A stretch of DNA of 64,000 bases from Octopus vulgaris (lineage: Eukaryota). The position numbers and the translations under genes were made by a program. The stretch's first letter is position 1. Each line of letters opens with the position of its first letter. The notes under the pieces were generated by a model, which was not told the origin of the DNA, did not search any database, and saw nothing but the letters and a program-made list of their open reading frames with translations. Location of the stretch: positions 17,608,001 to 17,672,000 of the forward strand of contig OX597836.1 in NCBI GenBank assembly GCA_951406725.2, given 5' to 3'. Positions 43,823 through 56,746 of this stretch are shown here, piece by piece.

Positions 43823-44248
43823 AGGCGCAGGAGTGGCTGTGTGGTAAGTAGCTTGCTAACCAACCACAAGGTTCCGGGTTCAGTCCCACTGCGTGGCATC
43901 TTGGGCAAGTGTCTTCTGCTATAGCCTCGGGCCGACCAATGCCTTGTGAGTGGATTTGGTAGACGGAAACTGAAAGAAGCCTGTCGTATATATGTATATA
44001 TAAATATATATATATGTATATGTGAGTGTGTGTGTTTGTGTGTCTGTGTTTGTCCCCCTAGCATTGCTTGACAACCGATGCTGGTGTGTTTACGTCCCCG
44101 TCACTTAGCGGTTCGGCAAAAAGAGACCGATAGAATAAGCACTGGGCTTACAAAGAATAAGTCCCGGGGTCGATTTGCTCGATTAAAGGCGGTGCTCCAG
44201 CATGGCCGCAGTCAAAATGACTGAAACAAGTAAAAGAGTAAAAGAGAA
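43823..44248 (+). mobile_element. SINE A (best reference copy)
   Basis: ggcgcaggagtggctgtgtggtaag (box A)...ggttcagtccc (box B)...internal (TA)(TG)...ggtgctccagcatggccgcagtcaaaatgactgaaac-(aagtaaaagag) tail repeats. Confidence 0.96.
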
Positions 44249-44399
44249 TATTACAGAAAAAATCTTGGAACAATATGATCATATTAGGAACCATTTTCTT
44301 TTCCAAATAAACTTCAAACCCTCACCCCGAAAACCCATCCCTTAAAAACAATAAAGCATTTGAACTTTTAACACAAAGTGTACATATGCTCTGATTTCA

Positions 44400-44608
44400 A
44401 ATCTTGGCAGAAGGCCTTCAGTTTCGGGTGAAGGGGTAAGTCGATTACATTGACCTCGGTGCTCTTCTGGGGTGTTATTTTATCGACCCTGAAAGGATGA
44501 AAGGCAAAGTCAATTTCGACCGAATTTGAACTAAAAACGTAAAAACGGATGGAATACCGCTAATCACTTTGCCCGGCGTGCTAACGATTCGGCCAGCTCA
44601 CCGCCTTA
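44400..44608 (-). mobile_element. older SINE B-family copy
   Basis: tttatcgaccctgaaaggatgaaaggcaaagtc...gcccggcgtgctaacgattcggccagctcaccgcc. Confidence 0.85.
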
Positions 44609-44769
44609 AGTGCACATATTATATTGTCGCATTAAACGATCGTACTGTATTACCTCTGGAAATCCTTGTTGCTTATTTTGATTTCAATCACCTTATTTTC
44701 AAATTTTATGGATAATACCATACTAAATTCTGGTGCTTCAACTTAAGTAACATATTCATCTGAATCTAA

Positions 44770-44834
<65 letters not shown>

Positions 44835-45007
44835 CAAATTTATAGAAAACAAAGACAAAAACTAGGGAATGAATAACAAGTAGGGGTATTAGTTCGACGC
44901 CTAGCAAAATTGGAAAAGTATTTGTTGTTCCGAGTCTACGCTTCTCCGAGTCTACGACGAAAAAAAAAGGGGAGAGACAAAAAATGTGTAGGGATTTACG
45001 GTTTAAC

Positions 45008-45186
<179 letters not shown>

Positions 45187-45187
45187 G

Positions 45188-45329
<142 letters not shown>

Positions 45330-45721
45330 GGTTTGGAGGTGATGTACAGATACTATATATTAGAAAAAATGAGGTATTCAGAGATCTGGATGGTTGTACA
45401 CATACAAATATTTATTCATTTGTTAATAAATATTTATATTTGTGCAACCATCCAGATCTCTGAATGCCTTATTACATTAGCAGTTCGGCAAAAAGACCCC
45501 GATAGAATAAGTAATGGGCTTACAAGGAATGGGTTCTGGGATCGATTTGTTCAAGTAAAAGTGGTGCTCCAGCATAGCCGCGGTAAAATGACTGAAATAG
45601 GTGGGAGAATTCATACACATATATACACACACAGACACACACATATATATATATATATACACATATAAATACACATATATATACACATATAAATGTGTGT
45701 GAGTATGTATTTCTATATGTG

Positions 45722-45757
<36 letters not shown>

Positions 45758-45963
45758 TCTGTACCTGTGTATCCGTGCGTGTATCCTTCTGCTTGTGTAT
45801 AAATATATGTATATTAGTATGTATCTATATATTTAGTTTAATCCTCATTGATCAATATCAATGACAATCATTGATCGTTCTTTAATTATTCCAGAAATAA
45901 TTATCTCTTAGATATCATTATAACAGCGTCGCGTCCAGACGCAAACACGAACATTCACACGCG

Positions 45964-46010
<47 letters not shown>

Positions 46011-46035
46011 GCATATATATGTATTTATATATATG

Positions 46036-46078
<43 letters not shown>

Positions 46079-46556
46079 GTAGATATATATGCATATATAT
46101 ATATACATATATATACGTATATGTATGCACACTCACACACATATTTATATATATATATATATGTGTGTGTATGTATATACATACATACGTTCATGTGTAT
46201 TGTTCCTTAATGTATAATAGCAATTTAATAGGAATCTAGTTACTGATATTGATTTTTCCTTTGTGATGTGTGTTTATATATACATTCGCATTAACTGCCC
46301 AGCCACTCACACGTCTCTATCCAACCCCACTCTCTCTCTCTCTCCAGACGCGCAATCACACACGCACACACACATACACATGTATAAATGTATATTCACA
46401 GAGGCAGGAATCGATGGAAAGCAACAGACTGCGAAGCAGATGCTTTTGTACTAGTAATATCTAGAAATATTTCAGATTCTTATAAAAGAAAGATTGAAGA
46501 TACGAACGTACGTATGCGAGTATATGCTTTTACACACAGCCAGGTATGAAGCATAT

Positions 46557-46641
<85 letters not shown>

Positions 46642-46707
46642 GGTCCCGGGTTGATTCGGGGTTAACCACAGTAAATAAGGTACTCAATACATAGCAGAGT
46701 AAAATTA

Positions 46708-46829
46708 ATTTATTATATAGAAGGAGCTTCTACAGGACTAGAACTGTTTCATTCAAGAGAAATCTTCAGCTTCCTGAAGATTTCTCTTGAATGAAACAGT
46801 TCTAGTCCTGTAGAAGCTCCTTCTATATA

Positions 46830-46835
<6 letters not shown>
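46708..46835. mobile_element. perfect 62-bp-arm palindrome containing a hammerhead fold (Penelope-derived element, from ~46638)
   Basis: 46708-46769 is the exact reverse complement of 46774-46835, loop cttc; bounded by (TA)n. Confidence 0.85.
46768..46818 (+). ncRNA. type I hammerhead ribozyme motif
   Basis: agcttc-CTGAAGA-t ttc tctt gaa t-GAAA-cag ttctagtc ctg-TA-gaagct: stem I 6 bp, intact core, stem III cag/ctg, GUA cleavage triplet; U.U at 10.1/11.1. Confidence 0.7.
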
Positions 46836-46916
<81 letters not shown>

Positions 46917-46919
<3 letters not shown>

Positions 46920-47316
46920 GGAGATGTACTCGCATAGCAAGTGATTTGATCTGAGATCGTGTGCTGGAACGAAAACAATTGCAGCGTGGAAGGTGTTTGT
47001 AAGCCATTTAAGAAACACACAAAAGTCGTTCGATTCACTTCAACATTTAAGTTTAATTTGTCAAAATATTTTCGTCGCTAAAATCCGCGACCTCTTCACT
47101 GACAAAAATCTGTGCTGCATGGATTTTTGTCAGAGAACAGGTCGCGGTCTGAAAGCGACGAAAATATATTGACAAATTAAACTTAAATGTTGAAGTGAAT
47201 CGAACGGCTTTTGTGTGTGTCTTAAATGGCTTACAAACACCTTCCACGCTGCAATTGTTTTCGTTCCAGCACACGATCTCAGATCAAATCACTTGCTATG
47301 CGAGTACATCTCCGTA
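46917..47316. mobile_element. 400-bp near-perfect palindromic element in (TA)n with hammerhead-like motif in each arm
   Basis: tacggagatgtactcgcatagc...gctatgcgagtacatctccgta, centre ~47116; arms carry tttgtca-G(T/A)GAA(G/C)A-g-gtcgc..gcgac-GAAAatat..tgacaaa. Confidence 0.85.
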
Positions 47317-47351
<35 letters not shown>

Positions 47352-47442
47352 TATGTGAGTGTGTGTGTGTAGGCATATGTATGTATCTATATACATACCT
47401 GTGTGTGCAATAACAAATGTGTGTGTGTGTATATATATATAT

Positions 47443-49141
47443 ACAGGTGGGCACCGTTAATCTAAAAGTTAACATCGTTTATTCGTGAAACAAACAGTTA
47501 ACTTCGATAATTGTTAATCCGTTAACTGTTTAAAGATATAACAGAAGTTAAAGTTAATCCGTTAGCGTTAACTTTTATTCAAAAAAGGCATACCTACTGT
47601 TTAATACCTCACCGATTTTGTTGCCTCCTTACTTCCAGAAAATGGATAAATTTTAACGAAACTTTCGTCAAATAATCGTTTATATCCTGTAGATTGATTG
47701 TAAGCAAAGATTTGTTGCAAAAATGTTTTGAGGGTTTAGGAAGAGGAGTGTAGGAAAATTCATAGGACCCGATATTTCACCCCTCATATCTTTCTAGAAA
47801 ACAGGTATTTTTTAGTGAAATTTTATACAAATACCTTTCAAACGGTGTAGATTACGATTACAACGAAATTTGTAAGCAAAATCTTTAGAATGGGGAGAGG
47901 GTGGGGTTTCTGCAAACGGTGTTTCGGACCAGACGGCCCACATAAGTAGGAATTTCTCCATTTTGACGAGGCCTTTTTCCAATGTTTTACACCAAACTCT
48001 TCAGAATGATGGAAGTATCTTTTCACGAAAATGAAAAAAAAAATTTGGAAATTATTTGTTTTCACTCCCGCCAGCCCAGTCAGAAACGATTTTGGTCTTT
48101 TTTTTCATTACGCACTTAAGAGAGAAAGATTTTCGGTTTATGAAAAAATTGTTAATAATTTCAGAGGAAAATGTGTGATTTCAGCGAGATCTGGCTGTTG
48201 TTTTTAGAACATGCGCAAACCTCCCTCCTCGTTTCTTTCTCATTGACATATGTATTGATATTTCTCAATATTGTCCTCCCCATTAACAAATTTTATGATT
48301 ATGTCAAGGTAATATACACATGTAGTCCCAACCGAGCGAGGTCGTTTTATGTGTATGTGCGTAAGAAAAGAAACATAAAAACATCTGTCAAATGTAATGC
48401 TTATTTGTTCAAGTTATTTTGAATTATTCAGGTTCAAGAGTCATGTCGAAATATTTGTTTGTAACTTTGTAAATTTTGTTACTTGGTGATTTAGTTAGTT
48501 AGTTAATTTGGCTCAAAAGCAAATAGCAAGGCCATGTAGGGGGACATGGAGTTAAGTACAGGGTGGTATTCCTGTAAAGAGTTCAGGCCACTTGAGGTCA
48601 AGGGAGGCTTTGAACAAAGCGGTCGTCGGCATCTTCACCATCTCGTCTGGCAGCTTGTTCCACGGATCTGCAACCCGGACGGAGAAAGCTCCTCTCCTTC
48701 GATTGAGATGAAATCGTCGCAGGTAGAGCTTTTCGGAATGACCCCGCAGCCGACGCTCTGGAGCAGGAGTGAAGAACAGCTCTTTCGAGAGGTTACACTT
48801 TCCGCTTATGATGCTGTGGGCGAGAATGAGATCACCACGGCGGCAGCGTTTTTCTAGAGAATAAAGGAATTTATATACCACTGGTTTATAGTTATGTAAT
48901 TTTAACTGATCTTGCTGAGTAAATTTGAATTTTATGGGTAGGTAAATTTAATTAAAAGGTGTAAAAGCAATAACCAGTTTTTATGAAATTTGGGGATAAA
49001 CGGACTTGAGTTAACGGAAGCTAAATGTAACGGAAGTTAATTAGTCCGATAATGATTTTTAAAGTTAACTTAAAAGATAAATCGTAACAAAAATGTTAAC
49101 TTCGTTCATTAGCGATTGACGGATTAACAGAGTTACCACAG

Positions 49142-49145
<4 letters not shown>
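47443..49145. mobile_element. unclassified DNA-type repeat with GTTAAC-rich ends, hosting a CR1 fragment
   Basis: Clusters of gttaac/ccgttaa at 47455-47575 and aacgg/gttaac at 49000-49140 in opposite orientation; (TA)n at both flanks. Confidence 0.45.
48492..48862 (-). pseudogene. 5'-truncated CR1 LINE 3' end
   Basis: LEKRCRRGDLI...LRGHSEKL...FSVRVADPWNKLP...FKASLD; (TAAC)n tail at ~48492-48507. Confidence 0.9.
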
Positions 49146-49194
<49 letters not shown>

Positions 49195-49701
49195 TGTTTT
49201 TTTGGGATGGTCATTTTTGTTCTTGCGAAATAAACAGACGTACTATATATTCTTCCTTCAACTTTGAGTGCATTGCTTCTTATAGCAAAAATAGCTGCAA
49301 ACTAATGAAGTTTATTACATAATTTTCTTGTCGCTTTGTCCTTTATATAATCGTTTATTACGCCTTGCCCCCAATTAATGCCTCTTTCTGAAGCGTATGT
49401 ATATTGAGTTCTAACACCAGCTGAATAGTATCGCTATGTCTAAGCGAAATATTATTAATACTTTAACTCTGAAATTTGTCACCCGCTCTAACCAAGGGAG
49501 GCAACCTCCTATTGCGTGCCTAAATTATGCTCGCTACTGGGCATGACAGCAAACATTTCCAAAGCAGACATTTAAATCAGTAAACTTGTATATTTTTGTC
49601 TTCTATAAATCGCTTGCTTTATCATTGAAAACTCAAAAATAGATCCATAAAGTTTTGATAAAACTTCAAGGTACATTGTTGTTAGATTTGGAAATTCAGT
49701 C

Positions 49702-49797
<96 letters not shown>

Positions 49798-49999
49798 ATG
49801 TGTGTGTGTCTATGTATGTATGTATGTATGTATGTATGTATGTATGTATGTATGTATGTATGTATGTATCTATCTATCAATCTATGTATGTATGTATCTA
49901 TCTATCTATCTGTCTGTCTGTTTGTCTGTCTATGTATGTATGTATGTATGTATGTATGTATGTATCTATCTACCTATCTATTTATCTATCTGTCTGTCT

Positions 50000-50108
50000 A
50001 TCTTTTTTTATTTCTTTTGTTTTTTGTTTTTTTTCATCCCACAAAAGAAAAGATCTACCTTGTAATTTGTCCCATCTGTGTGCAGCCCTGTGTGGCCAAT
50101 AAAGAAAC
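50000..50108 (+). mobile_element. isolated retroposon 3' tail embedded in (ATCT)n
   Basis: ttgtcccatctgtgtgcagccctgtgtggccaataaagaaa, similar to the SINE B tail but preceded by a different U-rich sequence. Confidence 0.55.
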
Positions 50109-50179
<71 letters not shown>

Positions 50180-50847
50180 ATTTCTCTTGTACCAGCGTCC
50201 TGATTGTCAAACTGAAAACTTACACCAACAAATAACCTATACCTCAGGATGTTTTATGAGAAAGAATGAAGACCTCGCGAGGCGAATGAGATAGAAGGCC
50301 TAATTTTTTACTGCTACGTTATACTCCACTGCCACAGAGCGTTATGATTTAAAGACTTGTAAACATTTCTCAGAATAAAAGGTTTAGCCCCTTTTGAGGC
50401 GGACATCCATGATTAAGCTGTCAATATTAGATTCCTTGTTTGTATCTTTATGGTATTAGTGCATTAAATAATATTTACCTCTCGCTTGATGGAATATTTT
50501 TTATTTGTTGTGCTTACCTGAACGGAACCGTAAATTATCTACAAAACATTGTGAGTGGCAAAGAAATTCATACATATATAATTACATACATACGTACGTA
50601 TGTACATACATACGTACATACGTACATATATACATACGTACCTACCTACGTATGTACGTAGATGCATACATTCATACATATGTACATACATACATAATTA
50701 CATACATATAAACGTACGTACGTACATCCGTATATATATATACATACGTACATTCATACATGCATTCATTCATACATACATACATACATAATAAATACAT
50801 GCATACACAGACATACATACATATATACATACATACATTCATAAATA

Positions 50848-51346
50848 CCAACTCAAATAACACTAGTGAAATATTCCCATCAAATCTTCTTTTAAATATA
50901 AAGATAACAGGCCAGATATTGTTGTCTGTGACAGAGGAGCAAAGGATTGTACCATCATAGAGGTCAGCTGCCATACACATATAGATTTCTCTTTGAAAAT
51001 CAAAGGAAAGGAGGATATCTATGGACAACTGCTTCGAAACCTCCAGATTCTATATCCAGACTGAATTTATATTCATACCAATAATAATTGGAGAACTAGG
51101 TTTTGTTAGTAAATACTTAAAGGATGATCTGGATAAACTGAGATTTTCAGAGAGAGAGAGAAATCGACCGGCTAATTCGTAGATTACAAGTGCAACCTGT
51201 AAGTGGAACAGTAAAAATATGCAAGACTTTTCTCAAGTTCCAAATGTCTGCGTTAACTATGTCCCAAATATGGAACCTTGAATCGTTGTTTGAGACTGGC
51301 TCTCTCCTTAGTGGAAGATTTATAATAATTAAAAAATTGGAAGAGA
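50848..51346 (+). pseudogene. RLE-type (R4-like) LINE 3' end inside (CATA)n
   Basis: KDNRPDIVVCDRGAKDCTIIEVSC...KEDIYGQLLRNLQILYP...IPIIIGELG...GTVKICKTFLKF; 3' UTR runs directly into (CATA)n. Confidence 0.85.
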
Positions 51347-51960
51347 CATACATACATACATATATACATATATGCATACATACATACATACATACATACA
51401 TTCATACATACATACATACATACATACATACATACATACATACATACATACATACATACATGCATACATACATACATACATACATACATACATACATACA
51501 TACATACATACATACATACATACATACATACATACATACATACATACATACATACATCATACATACATACATACGTACATACATACATACATACGTACAT
51601 ACATATATACATACATACATACATGCTTACATACATACATACATACATACATACGTACATACATACATACATGCATGCATGCATACATACATACATACAT
51701 ACATACATACATACATACATGCATGCATACATACATACATACAAGCATGCATACATACATACATACATACATACATACATACTTACATACATACATACAT
51801 GCATACATACATACATACGTACATACATACATACATACATACATACATACATACATGCATGCATACATACATACATACATACATACATACATACATACAT
51901 ACATACATACATACATACATACATACATACATACATGCATACATACCTACATACATATAT
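51347..51960. repeat. (CATA)n microsatellite, ~600 bp
   Basis: Direct reading. Confidence 0.98.
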
Positions 51961-51964
51961 GCAT

Positions 51965-52568
51965 GGTCAATCCGAACAGCCTTTGAATGTTATATTGTAT
52001 AACGTTGTAACCTCTACTGTGAAAAATATAAAAAGAAATGAGTGAAGTCCATACATACACAAAAGGGAAATCAATATGGACAAGTAACTTCTCCTGGATC
52101 TACGATAAATATATCTTATCTCACCTAGAAGTATATTCCTTCGCTATCATCAAACAAGAGATAGCTACTAAATACCTGATAAACAATAGGGACAAGGATA
52201 CCACCAAACCTCTATGTTCTTATAAAAAATGTCGGTTCTGTTATACCAGAGTGGAAGATATCACCAACATCATCACCAGCTTCCCCAAAAATGTCTATTT
52301 GGTACTATCTACCCCTGAGACCTGTTATAGTTGCAAAGGCTATTTACAATGCAATTCACAAAAAGGATTGCCCTGAGGTATACATCAAAAGCATGTCAGA
52401 ACCAGCAGGTGTTCACACCTTTAAAAAAAAAAAAAAGATTAATTCGGTGCAAACATAACAAACCTCATTTTGTTCTGTAAGACAGGGAACAAAAGCCATG
52501 CACTGTTGTAGAGGTCAGCTGCCCAGTGAATGTGGATGTGTAACCAAAAGTCCAAGAAAAAGAGAAAA
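51965..52568 (+). pseudogene. second fragment of the same RLE LINE family (zinc knuckle + start of RLE)
   Basis: FAIIKQEIATKYL...KCRFCYTRVEDITNII, then KHNKP...DREQKPCTVVEVSCP; gaggtcagctgcc shared with the 50848 copy. Confidence 0.8.
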
Positions 52569-52849
52569 TGGCGTCACTGATTATGAATTCTCATTTGTAC
52601 ATATCGTGCATTACGTTATGTACCAATAAATTTGAACAAAAACCAGAGTTGGGTGTAGGCATCGACAGTTCAATCAATACACCATCTCAACTATGTATTC
52701 TCAAACACTGGAAACTCTCTTAACTCAAAAGGTCTTGGCACTTTGTAAGCAACAGGCTCGAAATCTCTCATGAAGAGCTTAGATTAATCTGAAAGAAAAA
52801 TCATACTTATATGCATACATATATGCATATATACGTATATACAGTGAAT

Positions 52850-53070
52850 AGGCGGCGAGCTGGTAGAAACGTTAGCACGCCGGGCGAAATTCGTAGCCGT
52901 ATTTCGTCTGTCGTTGCGTTCCGAGTTCAAATTCCGCCGAGGGCGACTTTGCCTTTCATCCTTTCGGGGTCGATAAATTAAGTACCAGTTACGCACTGGG
53001 GTCGATGTAATCGACTTAATCCCTTTGTCTGTCCCCTCTGTGTTTAGCCCCTTGTGGGTAGTAAAGAAAT
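52850..53070 (+). mobile_element. SINE B with perfect 15-bp TSD
   Basis: gtatatacagtgaat at 52835-52849 and 53071-53085. Confidence 0.95.
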
Positions 53071-53183
53071 GTATATACAGTGAATTTCATAAATTTGTTT
53101 CTACTACTGATTTCAACAGAACTTCTGCAGCGAACATGTTGATTTACAACTGATAGTGTGTGTGTGTGTCTGTATGTGTGTGC

Positions 53184-53235
<52 letters not shown>

Positions 53236-53454
53236 TTAAATTATATTATACTATATTTGTTTACTGGTGTATAACATTTAGTATATATTTACACTAACGA
53301 ATTATTGATTTTTACGTTTATCATTAAATATAGATTTAACAAAATTCAAAATAGACAACTGTTATATAAAATATTATCAAGAATGTTTGTTTTATGTACA
53401 CCACATATATTTGCAGTCCATATCTATATCTGTATCTTGATCTATCTGTCAGTA

Positions 53455-53530
<76 letters not shown>

Positions 53531-53574
53531 ACTCTCTTTTTCTCTTTCTTCTGCTCTCTCTCTCTGTATATATG

Positions 53575-53618
<44 letters not shown>

Positions 53619-54955
53619 TGGTAAGTATATGGTAATTGGCCGACGCCATTTGCCGTCTCTTATTAAGTCAGAGAGCAGCCATGACGCTTGTTTACACAGA
53701 AACTCAGTGAGTCACGCCTAATGGCTCCGGTCAATTAAAATAATTGTACTAATTGCATTGAGTACTTCTTCTACATTACTATTATCACGTAATATACATA
53801 CGTACATATATATATATATATATATATATATGCATGTATGTATATATATATATTTATGTATGTATGTATATGCATATACATACATACATACATGTATATA
53901 TATATATATGATCAGAAAAATATGAGGTATGACAGGTGTGACAACAGATGTATGATAACATCCATTTAGTAATCTTTTCGACGTAGTATTATTAATTTAA
54001 CATTACAAGTTAAACTACATGGTAATGTAATTACTAATTCAGCTGATAGGCGAGTCGTTGCGAGCGTGCCTACTGTGCTGTGAGCCATGGCATATACTTT
54101 ATTTCGAATTCTCTACTTTAGCACAGACACACAGACACACACAAGCACACACACACACACACACACACATACACACATAGAATCTGTATCAATTTCTATA
54201 ACTATTTATATTATATATACATGCTATATATAACACATGTATATTCTTCACACATGTATATTCTTCACACATGTATATACATGCTTACACATGTATATTC
54301 TTCAACCGGTCGTTACAAATCTGTTCTATTGCGTCACCACGTGGATCTCTGTTCTACTTCAACATCGGTAAATGCTCATTTTTCTGTTGTATATCTGCTA
54401 AGTACATCGAAGTAGGTTTGAATATTTCCCGCCCTTTATTAAGGTCCGGACGTTTCTTAAATATAACATTAACTATGGTCAGCGGAGGAGAACCTGCTAA
54501 AAGCAACAGTAGCAGACTTGGATGGAATATGTCCTAAAATCCCCACTGTGCTTCTGCTAAAGCCACAAGACGTTTACAACCTTCATGAAACTCAGGTGTA
54601 TGCAGTGCCAAAGCAATCTAGAAGTTCCTTCATTGACCAGTTTTCGGCTGCATACACACACATTCGACACCGTAACGCATAAACACTTATTTTAGTCTAC
54701 ACACTGACAAACACAAACGCGCGCGCACACATACACAAACACACTCACACACACACGCACAAACACACACACACGGATAAACATACACACGCGCACACAC
54801 CATATACACACAAACACACATACACACATTTTTCTTAATAATCAGTATAAAGTAAAGAGTAACTGATGGACCGAGAGTCTCTTGCTTTGATACGTGCACG
54901 TCTCTAACTTCTGTCGACTATTAACAAAAATTAATTATTTTATTGTTTTTATCTT

Positions 54956-55038
54956 TAACCTGAAGAGTGATTATATATATATTGAAGTGATTTTACTATT
55001 ATGATTTCTTAAATATACCCACAAAACAGGTGTCGTTA
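54956..55038 (+). ncRNA. decayed type I hammerhead-like motif with long loop II
   Basis: taac-CTGAAGA-gtg..(50 nt)..cac-AAAAC aggt GTC-gtta; G12 changed to A at a CpG position. Confidence 0.45.
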
Positions 55039-55322
55039 TTCTACCAAATATATACGTTTTATTTATTATTTTGCACTTTACTTAATCGTTGTTATATGTT
55101 TTAACTTATATTTAATCTTTCTATAAGATGTAATTTTTCTAAATGATATAATTTAATTTTTCATTATTGCATTGATGAAAGGTGCTTTTTTCTAATTTAT
55201 ATACATATATATATTATATTTTGCGAAAATTGATTTAGTATTTCTAAATTGAATTTTTCCCTGTAAGTTTGGAATAATATTCCCTCATATTATTATCATA
55301 TATACATATATATGTATGTATG

Positions 55323-55363
<41 letters not shown>

Positions 55364-55717
55364 TTATTTTATACTGGTCATTCATTTTTATACTTTTTGA
55401 GATCTAGTTATATGTTTTATGAAAATATACATTATTTGTTATTTATGTTTTGGTTTATGCCTATCACTGTTTGAGTTGCATAATAGTGGTTTTATCTCTA
55501 ATTTATATTTTATATTATATTATATATATATAATATATATAAATATAGAGAGAGAGAGAGGAGGGAGAGGGAGAGGAGAGAGAGAGACAGATGGACTGAT
55601 AAGTATATTTTGAGTTTGACCAGACTTTTTCCTTTCTTACTTCCACTAAAACTCACTCTAAAAGTATGTATCATTTGTCTTAATTTAATCTCCTTCATAA
55701 CGTTAGACTTTTCGCAA

Positions 55718-55756
<39 letters not shown>

Positions 55757-55899
55757 TACAAGCATAGAAACACAGACACACATAAACCCGCACGCATACA
55801 CACACACACATACAAGCACGCATACACACGCGCATATTTTCAAGCTAAAGAAAACTGATTTTATTTATTCATGTACTTATTACTGTTGCTATTAAGCTA

Positions 55900-56095
55900 A
55901 AGGGGGTAAGCTGGCAGAAGTGGTACCGCACAGGGCAAAATACTTACCAGGATGTTCAAATTCATCAGAGGTTTGGCCCTTACTTTTCATCTTTTCGGGT
56001 GGATAAAATATGTACCAGTTGAACATCGGGACGGACGCAGTCGGTTATGGCCCTTAACCGCAAATTTTAATCCTTGTGCCCATAATAAGAAAGGA
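55900..56095 (+). mobile_element. degenerate SINE B-family copy
   Basis: agctggcagaag...ttcaaattc...ttttcatcttttcgggtggataaaatatgtaccagtt. Confidence 0.7.
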
Positions 56096-56336
56096 TCATT
56101 GACTTCATCTTCTCGTATTTAATTTCCCCACCTTCATTCTGTCCCTTAGGTAATTAAAACTTTGCCTTTGTATTGATATGTAATATCTAGTAATAACTGC
56201 TGCTGCTGCTGCTTCCTCTCTCTCTCTCTTTCTTTACATACATACGTATGTATGTGTGTGTTTATATATATATACATATATGTATGCGTGCATATATATC
56301 TATGTGTGTATATTTACATACACGTATGTATGTATG

Positions 56337-56367
<31 letters not shown>

Positions 56368-56454
56368 CCAAATATATAACAAACCACTGTGAGAGAGGTC
56401 GTGCTTTACAAGTAAGCTACCAGGTATAAACCATTCGTTTTATCATCTAATAAC

Positions 56455-56589
<135 letters not shown>

Positions 56590-56642
56590 TACATATATAT
56601 ACATATATATACATATATATATACATATACATATATATATAC

Positions 56643-56689
<47 letters not shown>

Positions 56690-56694
56690 TATAC

Positions 56695-56746
<52 letters not shown>

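Noticed and set aside
54300-54650. Possible APE endonuclease start on minus strand (NVRTL..GK)
   Set aside because: Only a five-residue motif with stops around it.
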